Shown one piece after another: positions 47,822 through 56,411 of a DNA stretch of 64,000 bases (its first letter is position 1; every line of letters starts with the position of its first letter). This stretch comes from a virus, in the IMG/VR virus record IMGVR_UViG_3300028394_002659. One strand, given 5' to 3'. The position numbers and the translations under genes are program-made. The notes under the pieces were generated by a model that ran no database searches, was not told the origin of the DNA, and was given only the letters and a program-made list of their open reading frames with translations.

Positions 47822-48989
47822 TTATGTGCTCGAGTAGGATATTTAAGCGGGCTGTCTTGAGTTCAAGAAATAAACGTTGGTTGTGTTCTATGTCTGCCCT
47901 GGCACGAGCATGTAATCTAGGCAAATCAGATTGTGCCCGGACTATTGCATTGCGCAGTTTGGTCCAACGATGTGTATTATTATGATCGTAATCATAACTG
48001 TTATCCAGGATGCCGTCAAATGTTCTATAACCCAGATTGCGTAGGGTTTGTAGACTGCCTGCTGGTCCTACTACAAAAAACATCTGTCCGTGTTTGATAG
48101 GTTTGAATGTTTTTTCTGATAAAAGTACTCCACTAGACTGATCAGCATCAAAATGTGTTTCCAGTGCAATATGACAATAACTATTTGAGAAGTACTTGCC
48201 CACAAGGTTGGCATGATTGTTACGTTCTGTTTGATTTAACTCATCGCTGTAGTACGGTGCTGACTTTAAAAATTGCTCTGTTCTGGCTCTTAAATCATCA
48301 AACGAATCAATCTCAATAGGGTTTTCTTCATCCACAACCTCACCCGATTCGCAATAACTCCAATAACTGTTGTCCAACACATGATGCTGTAGTAAATCGG
48401 CCATTGCAGTGGCACGCCATGTTTTGTGTAATCTGTTCAAGGCAGTGAACTCACGCTCACGTGGTTGATCGTGTATGACCATTGGTGCTGTGGCATGATT
48501 TCGATGCCAATACCATAGTTCAGAATCAGCAAAGTACACAAAGCCTTTGACATCACGTGCGGCTGTGTTACCGCTGACAAATTTATAACAACAAGGGGGC
48601 AGTTGATGATTGGCCACTAATTCATCTAGTCGTTGTTTGATCTTTACAGGATTGTCACCTTCGTGATAATAAAACAATACACGTATGTTACCGTGCCCAA
48701 GTTCAGAGACCACACGGCCGGGTAATAGTTCAAAATAGTCTATGTCAAAATCAAAAAAACCCAGGCCAACCGGATAGAATGTATTTTTAGGCCAGGCCTC
48801 GTTCAACTCAAATATGTTCAATTCAACGCCATGATGTTCGCAATATTCCTGTAGTCTAAGTGGCACAGTAAACGGCCAGTGCTGTTCAAACTCACGCCAT
48901 GATTGTGTGTAAGGCTCTGCTTGATGTCTTGCAAAAGCAGGATATATTTTACCCCGGACTGTCTGGTCCGATATCAGATTCAATTTCAT
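47808..48989 (-). CDS. GT-B/GT10-like protein (#4)
   Basis: FTALNRLHKTWR, YCHIALET..LSEKTFKPIKHGQMF, LRNLGYRTFDGILDNSYD, IEHNQ. Confidence 0.55.
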   Translation of the reverse strand: MKLNLISDQTVRGKIYPAFARHQAEPYTQSWREFEQHWPFTVPLRLQEYCEHHGVELNIFELNEAWPKNTFYPVGLGFFDFDIDYFELLPGRVVSELGHGNIRVLFYYHEGDNPVKIKQRLDELVANHQLPPCCYKFVSGNTAARDVKGFVYFADSELWYWHRNHATAPMVIHDQPREREFTALNRLHKTWRATAMADLLQHHVLDNSYWSYCESGEVVDEENPIEIDSFDDLRARTEQFLKSAPYYSDELNQTERNNHANLVGKYFSNSYCHIALETHFDADQSSGVLLSEKTFKPIKHGQMFFVVGPAGSLQTLRNLGYRTFDGILDNSYDYDHNNTHRWTKLRNAIVRAQSDLPRLHARARADIEHNQRLFLELKTARLNILLEHINESY

Positions 48990-50133
48990 TCAACATCTCC
49001 TGTAGTTCTGCCCACAGCACGGCTTCGAAGCCACCATTATAAAAATGATTCCAATTGTGTTCTACAACTTCTCGTGCCTGATCAAACAGGTCTTGCTTGC
49101 CTTCTGGGGGCAGTTCGTCTAGACTACGCAACAAACTAGCAACACGCTCGATACGCACTGAATCTTCTGCCAAGTCATAACTTTCATCCCATATACCCTC
49201 AAATGTACGGAATCCATAACTACGCAAGTACTCAAGACTGCCACGAGTACCTACAATGACAAACGGCATGCCCAGGGCTATGGGTTTGAATGTCTTTTCT
49301 GTCAGGTGATGTCTGCGCCCTGTTGCTATAGTTTCTGTCACAAGATACAGTAAACTTTCTGCCGACTCACCGAACAGGCTCAACCAACATGAATGCATGG
49401 GATGATCTGTTTCGCCTGCAAAGTTAATGGGCAGTGTTTGTTGTGCAAACACTTGTTCAATATCTGGATACTTGTTCACCAATGGTTTGACTGCATCGTG
49501 TATACTGATATTTTCTGCTGGGCAAGTTTCTGGACAACTGATATGATTGTTTAATAATTTATTTTTGAATAGGTGATACAGCACTTCTAGCCTGTGTTGA
49601 CGCTCACCTGCCACAATACGATTGGGTGCAATAAATGTTCGAGTAATAGTGCGTTCTGCTGGCGGTGAAATCAAGAATGTTCGATCATATCCACGATACC
49701 AATCTAGTGCGGCCCAGCCATGAAAGAAATAATATAGTGATTTCCATTGGTACTTGTTGCAAATAGCCTCAACGTTTTCACTATCACGCTCACTGGTCAC
49801 AATGTAACCAGGTGCAACAAATCCCGGAGGTCTTGGTATTTTTCCTGCCATTTTGTACTTGCCGTTGTTTCTCTCCCAGTAGCAGTTGGTATGTATGTCT
49901 TCATTAAGCGTGACAACTTGTTCAAAAGTAGGCTGATGTATGTTCAAATGAATAGGCTCTTGGTCAAAAAAGAATATATAATTGTGTTCGTGACAATCGT
50001 CTCTTCCATAGTTCATCACGCTGTCCGGGTCGCTTCTCCCGAATGGTTCACAAAAAAATTCTCTAAAGCCTGGTCTATTCTTTCTAATCCAGGGCCAGAA
50101 TGTATTGTTATAAATTTCATCTATTCTAATCAT
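48949..50133 (-). CDS. GT-B/GT10-like protein (#5)
   Basis: FIAPNR..RQHR, LYLVTET..LTEKTFKPIALGMPF, LRSYGFRTFEGIWDESYD, VEHNW. Confidence 0.55.
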   Translation of the reverse strand: MIRIDEIYNNTFWPWIRKNRPGFREFFCEPFGRSDPDSVMNYGRDDCHEHNYIFFFDQEPIHLNIHQPTFEQVVTLNEDIHTNCYWERNNGKYKMAGKIPRPPGFVAPGYIVTSERDSENVEAICNKYQWKSLYYFFHGWAALDWYRGYDRTFLISPPAERTITRTFIAPNRIVAGERQHRLEVLYHLFKNKLLNNHISCPETCPAENISIHDAVKPLVNKYPDIEQVFAQQTLPINFAGETDHPMHSCWLSLFGESAESLLYLVTETIATGRRHHLTEKTFKPIALGMPFVIVGTRGSLEYLRSYGFRTFEGIWDESYDLAEDSVRIERVASLLRSLDELPPEGKQDLFDQAREVVEHNWNHFYNGGFEAVLWAELQEMLNEIESDIGPDSPG

Positions 50134-52138
50134 GTTTGACGTATTCTATTCGGGTATTAAACCCAATCAATTTGCACACGAGCGTGAGGCTGATTCGATT
50201 GAGCATGCACAGACCATGAGCCGCACAAGATATTTTTGGTGGATCTCATACTTATGTGACTATTCCAAGTGGGATTGGCTTTGGGAGCCTGTTCCTTGGC
50301 AATCCACACAACGTCATGCATGGCCCAGTCAATGGCAAAAGGATTCTGGTACATATTTGATTCCTAAAGCAGTATTCACTGACACAAACTATCATGACGC
50401 ACCAGTTATTATACGTGTCTGTAGAGATACTGTCAACTGGACTGTGCCAGAAGGCATTGAGGCATTTGATACCACGTGGCACCCAGATCCAACTGAACCA
50501 CCAATGACTTATCAATTTGGCACACAACATCAACGCACAGGTGGGCCAAGATACCGCAATGGTGGCACCCTGGTCAAGTATGTTGACGCACCCAGGGCTG
50601 TAAAAATATCACAAGACAATTGCTGGATCATTCCCGAAGGCGCAGATACTGATAGTTTTGATTGGACTTGGCACCCAGATGATACAGATCCTCCTTATGT
50701 CTATCAATTTGGCACACAACATCAACGCACTGGCGGTCCACAGTATTGTGTGTCCGGTGCCCTGGATACAAAATTCATTGGACAAATGGTCATACAAACC
50801 AACCGAGTGGCCACAGCCATATATGAAATTGATCATATGGACGGTAATACGGGCAACATTGCCAACACCACTCGACGTGTGCGTTACTTTGACAACTACC
50901 GCGATACACTCATACGCATAGCAAAAAGCATAGGCCCTGAGCATGAGTTTGTGTGGATATGTTCCTCAATCTGTGACTACAGCGACTTTGACTTTTCGTG
51001 GCACCCTGAACAATGGCAAGCAGGTATGTTACATGTGTTTGCCAGTGATGGCGAAAAGTTTGGGGACACATTCTTCATGCATGTGCCCACATTTGCATAT
51101 CGTGCAGAACGTGTGGCTTTGTTGGAATGGTACGACTGTAACTTTGTTGAGACCAGTGTTCCACGTAGACCTATGCCGGTGATCAATCATGCCCTTGACA
51201 GTCAGGCTGAAGCAGTTCGAGCACTGCCATTCGACGGTCCGCTGGCCCTGTATACCACAACAGATTATGTGCCGGGCAACTTGGTCACAGTTCCGTTATG
51301 GCGCCAGGAAACCAAAACTATTGTGCCGTTGAGTGAGGGCGCAACCAGTGTGATTGTGCCCAAGGCCGCAGTAGGAGACATACGCACACAGTTGTACGAT
51401 TACGCTTACATAGACCGAACACATCGCATGTTAAAAGATCAACCCTTGGACATTGTGTTTATTTCAAATGGCGAACCCAATGCTAGATCTAATTTTTTGC
51501 AGATGACAATGTATTTGGCCAACGAGTCAAGATACACAAACAAAGTTCACTTAGTAGACGGTGTAAACGGACGAGTGGCAGCATACCATGCGGCTGCTAG
51601 AGCCAGCACCACACCTTGGTTCTTTGCTGTGTTTGCCAAATTAGAAGTGGATCAACTGTTTGATTGGTCCTGGCAACCAGATCGTATGCAACAGGCCAAG
51701 CATTATATCTTCCATGCACGTAATCCTGTCAATGGATTACAGTACGGGCATCAGGCCATGATTGCCTACAACAAAAAATTAGCATTGGAGAATACTGGTG
51801 TTGGGCTAGATTTTACGCTGGATCAAGCACATGAAGTTGTGCCTATTGTATCCGGAACAGCAAACTATTATATCAACGATTGGATGTGTTGGCGTACTGC
51901 ATTTCGCGAAGTGATCAAACTCAAGGCAAGTTTACCAGATGTAGAAAATGAGTATAGACTTTGTCAATGGCTCGCTGTAGATAACACACAGTCTAAGTGG
52001 AGCATGAAAGGTGCCCAGGATGCAGTGGAGTTTTATGACTCTGTAAATGGCGATCCCGCTGAACTCCAGAAGAGTTATGAGTGGGCATGGCTTGCAAGTT
52101 ATGCGTTTGTCAAACGATCTCTAACAACTGATCAATAA
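50132..52138 (+). CDS. Multi-module GT-A-like protein (repeated FD(W/F)SWHP units), C-terminus paralogous to 33069-33995
   Basis: LDIVFISNGEP..VDGVNGRVAAYHAAA..ARNPVNGLQYG..WRTAFREVIK matches the 33069 protein. Confidence 0.6.
   Translation: MFDVFYSGIKPNQFAHEREADSIEHAQTMSRTRYFWWISYLCDYSKWDWLWEPVPWQSTQRHAWPSQWQKDSGTYLIPKAVFTDTNYHDAPVIIRVCRDTVNWTVPEGIEAFDTTWHPDPTEPPMTYQFGTQHQRTGGPRYRNGGTLVKYVDAPRAVKISQDNCWIIPEGADTDSFDWTWHPDDTDPPYVYQFGTQHQRTGGPQYCVSGALDTKFIGQMVIQTNRVATAIYEIDHMDGNTGNIANTTRRVRYFDNYRDTLIRIAKSIGPEHEFVWICSSICDYSDFDFSWHPEQWQAGMLHVFASDGEKFGDTFFMHVPTFAYRAERVALLEWYDCNFVETSVPRRPMPVINHALDSQAEAVRALPFDGPLALYTTTDYVPGNLVTVPLWRQETKTIVPLSEGATSVIVPKAAVGDIRTQLYDYAYIDRTHRMLKDQPLDIVFISNGEPNARSNFLQMTMYLANESRYTNKVHLVDGVNGRVAAYHAAARASTTPWFFAVFAKLEVDQLFDWSWQPDRMQQAKHYIFHARNPVNGLQYGHQAMIAYNKKLALENTGVGLDFTLDQAHEVVPIVSGTANYYINDWMCWRTAFREVIKLKASLPDVENEYRLCQWLAVDNTQSKWSMKGAQDAVEFYDSVNGDPAELQKSYEWAWLASYAFVKRSLTTDQ
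50510..50730 (+). repeat. Direct repeat, 29-bp exact core at 192-bp period (YQFGTQHQRTGGP x2)
   Basis: tatcaatttggcacacaacatcaacgcac at 50510 and 50702. Confidence 0.9.
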
Positions 52139-53270
52139 CGTATTCAACTTCAAGGTCTGTGAGTTCAGGATAGATAGGCAAACTTAGGCAACGTCTGCTT
52201 AGTGCAGATGCTGGACTTAGTAACCCGCCGGGGTTGTCCAGGTGCTGATAAGCAGGCAATTCATGCAGGGGTTCAGCATAGTGAACTTTGGTTTCAATTT
52301 TGCATATGGCAAGGTTACGTTGCACAATATCTCTGGCATCCACTTCAATCACAAACTTGTGATAGCAATGAGTTGAGAAGTTGCTGTCGTCAATTAGCGA
52401 ACGTACATTGCGCTTCTTTAGTTGTTCAATCCAGTGTGCCGCAATCTCACCACGTCGTTTTTGCCAAGCATCTATGTGCCGAGTCTTGACCATCATTTGC
52501 GCACAATCAATTTCGCTCATCCTTGAGTTTGTACCAGTTTCGGCATGACGAGTATGCTTGCCATTGTTCACCCAGTCTCTTGCATAGTCCAAGAGATTTC
52601 TATCATCGGACACCACAGCACCACCGTTGCCATAATTGGCCAAGTTCTTTGTGGGATCGAAACTGATAGCGGTGGCCTCGCCTTGTCTGTTACAGTTGTC
52701 ACTCAACCAATGCTGTGCGCCATCTTCCAGCAGGATGGCCCGATTACGTGCTGGTTGCATGTCACGTAATGCCGCACCATACAATCCCACAGCACACACA
52801 GCATGATAATGCGAATCCATATCCTTGAGTGTCTTTCGTATGTCTAACTGACCATAGTAGTCAGTCTCACCAATCATCACCTGCCATCCTGCTCGTATGA
52901 AAGCATTAGCAGTGGCCGGATAAGTCAATGCAGGAACAAGCACAGTAGGAGGTTTTACATAACTCAATTCGGTTTGAGCATAGTAATTGGCCAAGATCTC
53001 AAGTGCCTGCGTGCCTGAGTGACAAGTCACAGCATAACTCACGTGATTTTTTTTAGCCAGCCAGTTTTCAAACTCAGCAGTATAGTTGCCACCCATGAGA
53101 ATACCTGAACGCAACACTTCATCTGTTGTGTCCAGTATTTCTGTGCGGAGATTGTTATACTGCTTTTTTAGACCAGTAAACGGAATTGTCAATCCAGTTG
53201 TAGTAATTTTCAAATCCTTGTTCAACATCCACTTGGGGATCATACCCAAGTATGGTCCTGGCACGATCAA
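52110..53270 (-). CDS. DegT/DnrJ/EryC1/StrS PLP-dependent sugar aminotransferase
   Basis: HSGTQAL, EDGAQ, SFDPTKNLANYGNGGA, GTNSRMSEI, LSLPIYPEL; true start probably a downstream TTG/ATG (53192-53228). Confidence 0.93.
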   Translation of the reverse strand: MIVPGPYLGMIPKWMLNKDLKITTTGLTIPFTGLKKQYNNLRTEILDTTDEVLRSGILMGGNYTAEFENWLAKKNHVSYAVTCHSGTQALEILANYYAQTELSYVKPPTVLVPALTYPATANAFIRAGWQVMIGETDYYGQLDIRKTLKDMDSHYHAVCAVGLYGAALRDMQPARNRAILLEDGAQHWLSDNCNRQGEATAISFDPTKNLANYGNGGAVVSDDRNLLDYARDWVNNGKHTRHAETGTNSRMSEIDCAQMMVKTRHIDAWQKRRGEIAAHWIEQLKKRNVRSLIDDSNFSTHCYHKFVIEVDARDIVQRNLAICKIETKVHYAEPLHELPAYQHLDNPGGLLSPASALSRRCLSLPIYPELTDLEVEYVIDQLLEIV

Positions 53271-54126
53271 TATTTAATGCGCCGCGTGACGGGAAGTCTG
53301 CATCCTTGTCGCGTATCTCAATGGTGCCCTTGCCCACAATCTTAACAATCATCTCTGCGGCTTCTAACAAACTGACTGAGTGTGATTTGGTAATGTTATA
53401 GGTCTTGTTGGCAGCCATAATGCGTGTCGCGGCAGCCACAATACCATCCGCGGCATCATCCACATAGGTAAAGTCTAGTGTCTCGGATACCCCATTAACA
53501 TGGAGAACGCTGCCTCGCATGGCGGCGAGCATAAACTTTGCAACCACTCGGTCTTCCACGTCCAAGGGTCCGTATACAGCACTAGGCCTGATAATAGCGT
53601 AGTCAAAGCAACCACGACGATGATAATCTTTAACAAGGTCTTCTCCAGATAATTTCATAATTCCATATTGTCCAATAGGACGGCATTCAGCATCCTCTAG
53701 CACTTGATCTTCAAAGTCTCCGTAGACCATACTGCTGGATATGTACACCACACGCTCCACACCATGCTTTTTGGCACTCTCGCAAACGTTGATCAAACCT
53801 TCCGTCATGACTCTGGCACCCCATGCAGGGTTGGCATTCACAACTTTCTGTCGAGGAAAGCTGGCCATGTGTATGATCACATCAGGCTTGTGTTCTTCTA
53901 CCACACGATCAAATGCCTCGGCGTCTGAGATATCAGTGCGATATATGTCCTGTGTTGCAATCTTCTTGCGCCGTTCGTCCAACAAGTACTCTAGTTCGTC
54001 TTGCGGAATGATACCATAGTTAGTCATGATGTCCACAATCACAACTTCATGTTCTTTTGCTTCTAGTCGTTGTACCACGTTGTGCCCAATCAGACCCATG
54101 CCCCCGGTTACTAAAAATTTACTCAT
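53155..54126 (-). CDS. NAD-dependent NDP-sugar epimerase/dehydratase (extended SDR)
   Basis: VTGGMGLIG, ISSSMVYG, YGIMK (YxxxK), RPSAVYGP, DFTYVDD. Confidence 0.93.
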   Translation of the reverse strand: MSKFLVTGGMGLIGHNVVQRLEAKEHEVVIVDIMTNYGIIPQDELEYLLDERRKKIATQDIYRTDISDAEAFDRVVEEHKPDVIIHMASFPRQKVVNANPAWGARVMTEGLINVCESAKKHGVERVVYISSSMVYGDFEDQVLEDAECRPIGQYGIMKLSGEDLVKDYHRRGCFDYAIIRPSAVYGPLDVEDRVVAKFMLAAMRGSVLHVNGVSETLDFTYVDDAADGIVAAATRIMAANKTYNITKSHSVSLLEAAEMIVKIVGKGTIEIRDKDADFPSRGALNIDRARTILGYDPQVDVEQGFENYYNWIDNSVYWSKKAV

Positions 54127-54449
54127 TTAATATCGCCCCATTTGAGTTGCCAAAAAGTTTCGTTCTGTTCGCTGAGCCTGGCCACAATGCGATACATGTG
54201 TCCATAATTGTGAGGATCCATGCTACGAGACCAATAAGGTTTGTCCTCAGCATTTTCCATTATGAATCGACCAGCATCTGATTCTTGCCACTTCCATATG
54301 GGTTCAGCAACCATCAAATCCGGATCTTCTACATCGCCCATGCGAATCTCATGCACACATACGTCGCGAAAACGTACTGCCTTATCGTTGATGATTTTTA
54401 CTTGTTCAGGTTGCCAATGCTCTACTTGCTCATTGTGTGTTATTGCCAT
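54123..54449 (-). CDS. Hypothetical phage protein
   Basis: Likely start ATG 54449 (MAITHNE...) just downstream of a promoter; VHEIRMGDVEDPDL motif. Confidence 0.65.
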   Translation of the reverse strand: MAITHNEQVEHWQPEQVKIINDKAVRFRDVCVHEIRMGDVEDPDLMVAEPIWKWQESDAGRFIMENAEDKPYWSRSMDPHNYGHMYRIVARLSEQNETFWQLKWGDIK

Positions 54450-54454
54450 ACACA

Positions 54455-54483
54455 AGTATAGCAGAGCAGTTAGTTTTTTGCAA
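54455..54483 (-). promoter_or_regulatory. Sigma70-type promoter TTGCAA-17-TATACT
   Basis: Correct spacing; would drive the hypothetical-epimerase-aminotransferase genes. Confidence 0.55.
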
Positions 54484-55141
54484 CCAAGTCGGTGGCCAAT
54501 GGGAAGATTGCGGCAATGGCTCGAGCACACTCAACAGCCACCGCTTGGTGTTCCAGTTGTGTGCCATTACCTGAACGTAGTTCAATAAAGTGTATCCATG
54601 ATCTCAAGGTACCGTTCATGTATAGTCGACTTTGAATCAAGCCTTCTGGTAGCACAGCACGTGCCTGTTCCTTGGCAATACCGTTCTTGATAGCCCATTC
54701 ATACTCACGTCGGGCCGCATAGATAACCCGCTGTTGAGCACGATACCATTCGTTCTCCAACAAGTTGTTGTCGTGCTCTATGCTATTTTGTCGATTCTTT
54801 GGGTCTTGAAGTCTTCCACTGCGGGTAACGAATTCAAGATCCGTTGTCGGGTCAGCATATCGTTGACTGAACTCTTGGAAACTGAAACTTCTGTGTCTGA
54901 GGATTTGCCGTGCAATATCTCGTGTTGTCGTAATTTCCATGCAAGCTGAGACCATTTCGAGTGGACTCCAGTGTTGGTGTCTGACAAGGTATCGGATGAG
55001 TTTTTCGCTGGTTTCATTGTTGAACTGGTTGGTGGGATTGGATACTCGTGCGCAGAAAGCGATAAGTTCTTGAGCATCGTCAATGCCCTGGGCTCTAAAG
55101 TCTTCTGTTGGTTGTGAATAGGAGACAAGTTTAACATTCAT
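54470..55141 (-). CDS. thyX: FAD-dependent thymidylate synthase
   Basis: HWSPLE, QILRHRSFSFQEFSQRY (RHRxxSxxxxSxR), AKEQARAVLP, LRSWIHFIELR. Confidence 0.97.
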   Translation of the reverse strand: MNVKLVSYSQPTEDFRAQGIDDAQELIAFCARVSNPTNQFNNETSEKLIRYLVRHQHWSPLEMVSACMEITTTRDIARQILRHRSFSFQEFSQRYADPTTDLEFVTRSGRLQDPKNRQNSIEHDNNLLENEWYRAQQRVIYAARREYEWAIKNGIAKEQARAVLPEGLIQSRLYMNGTLRSWIHFIELRSGNGTQLEHQAVAVECARAIAAIFPLATDLVAKN

Positions 55142-55440
55142 AGATCTTTTAAAAGTTTATCGGTTTCGGGCTGTACAAGTTTGGCAACTTCAGTAACATC
55201 GACCACAAAGTCAATGTCACGAACAGTGTCTCCAAGTTCAGTTAGTGTACGGGTCAAGATAGTTTCAACTTCTTCTAGGTCAAGACCCTGTCGTCTTAGT
55301 GCGGCCAGATTAATCGTTTTTTGACGACGATCACCTAGTCTAATTACAACTTTTTTAATGCACTCAAGTGGGACTTCTGTTTTATTGACTTGTTCAATAA
55401 TGTGTTCCCACTGTTGAATGAATTCATCACTGAACGGCAT
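55138..55440 (-). CDS. Hypothetical protein
   Basis: ORF coupled to thyX. Confidence 0.7.
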   Translation of the reverse strand: MPFSDEFIQQWEHIIEQVNKTEVPLECIKKVVIRLGDRRQKTINLAALRRQGLDLEEVETILTRTLTELGDTVRDIDFVVDVTEVAKLVQPETDKLLKDL

Positions 55441-56170
55441 CGGCAGTCGCTACCTTGGCTTTAGGAGGACGACCTTTTTTTGGTGCCGTGGGGGCGACTG
55501 ATTCTGCGACAGGTGTAACATACTCTTTTGCATTGACACTGGGATTTAAACCTTGTGCTTGTTTCTTCATGCGGGCGGCTTCGGCAATCATGCCTTTGGC
55601 TTCTATTTCCATACGTTTGGCCTGTGCCAACATGTTGGCCGCAAGAGTCTTGTCATCCAGTGCACCGTCGGTGCTGGTCAATGGTGGAACATAAGGTGTG
55701 GCTGTGTCTTGTGCCTTGCGTTCTTCTCTGCGTTTGTATTCTGCTTCGGCCTTGCGCTTTTGTGCAGGATCAACCATGCCGGCGCTGGCATCAAGTTCTT
55801 GTAGACGTTTGAGTGCTTCTCCGCCTTGTTCCATTTCGCGAATGATTTTGTTCATCTCGTCCAGTTTCACACTGCTTTGTGCGCTGGGAGTTACAATAAC
55901 TTGGTTGGTAGAGATCTTCTTGATCATGCCTTCACGATGCATGGCTTCCAGTTGTGGACGGCCATCGGGCAGGAGATTGCGGTGCAACACTTCTGACAAG
56001 TTTGTTGCGGCCTGTCCTGGAGCACTTTCCAGCGTGGCCATGATTGAGTTGTGAATATGTGTGGGCATGGTTTCTGGATATACCACAAGGCACATGTGCT
56101 CCTCGCCGGGTACTTCTCTGTAGAGAATAGCAACCTTGCGGTCACCGTGTCGTCCTATATGTTTAAGCAT
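55427..56170 (-). CDS. Hypothetical protein with coiled coil and C-terminal basic KKGRPPK motif
   Basis: 247-aa ORF with GGAG RBS. Confidence 0.75.
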   Translation of the reverse strand: MLKHIGRHGDRKVAILYREVPGEEHMCLVVYPETMPTHIHNSIMATLESAPGQAATNLSEVLHRNLLPDGRPQLEAMHREGMIKKISTNQVIVTPSAQSSVKLDEMNKIIREMEQGGEALKRLQELDASAGMVDPAQKRKAEAEYKRREERKAQDTATPYVPPLTSTDGALDDKTLAANMLAQAKRMEIEAKGMIAEAARMKKQAQGLNPSVNAKEYVTPVAESVAPTAPKKGRPPKAKVATADAVQ

Positions 56171-56372
56171 TTTGATCTCCTTGAGGTTGTGCTTGTTCTG
56201 CTTCTTGGGCTTGCTGTTGGGCTACAATAGAGTCCAAGAATGCAGAAAGTTTATCATAAACATCACCAACAGATTTCATCTCTGCGGCTCGGAATGCACC
56301 GCGAGTACATGCGGCATCGATGATTTGTTTGAGACTTGCTAAATCAGCAATAGTAAGTTGTGCGTTTTCCAT
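56163..56372 (-). CDS. Small helical hypothetical protein
   Basis: MENAQLTIADL..IIDAACTRGAFRAAEM; ATG 5 nt after a TAAATA motif. Confidence 0.7.
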   Translation of the reverse strand: MENAQLTIADLASLKQIIDAACTRGAFRAAEMKSVGDVYDKLSAFLDSIVAQQQAQEAEQAQPQGDQNA

Positions 56373-56377
56373 ATAGA

Positions 56378-56383
56378 TATTTA
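56378..56383 (-). promoter_or_regulatory. Late promoter-like TAAATA
   Basis: Intergenic on the minus strand before the 56372 ATG. Confidence 0.45.
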
Positions 56384-56411
56384 ACAATCAAATCTCAGAA
56401 GATTTTATTTT

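Noticed and set aside
54470-55141. thyX as a base-modifying hydroxymethylase for the cluster
   Set aside because: It has a canonical ThyX motif; known phage dCMP/dUMP hydroxymethylases are ThyA-fold.
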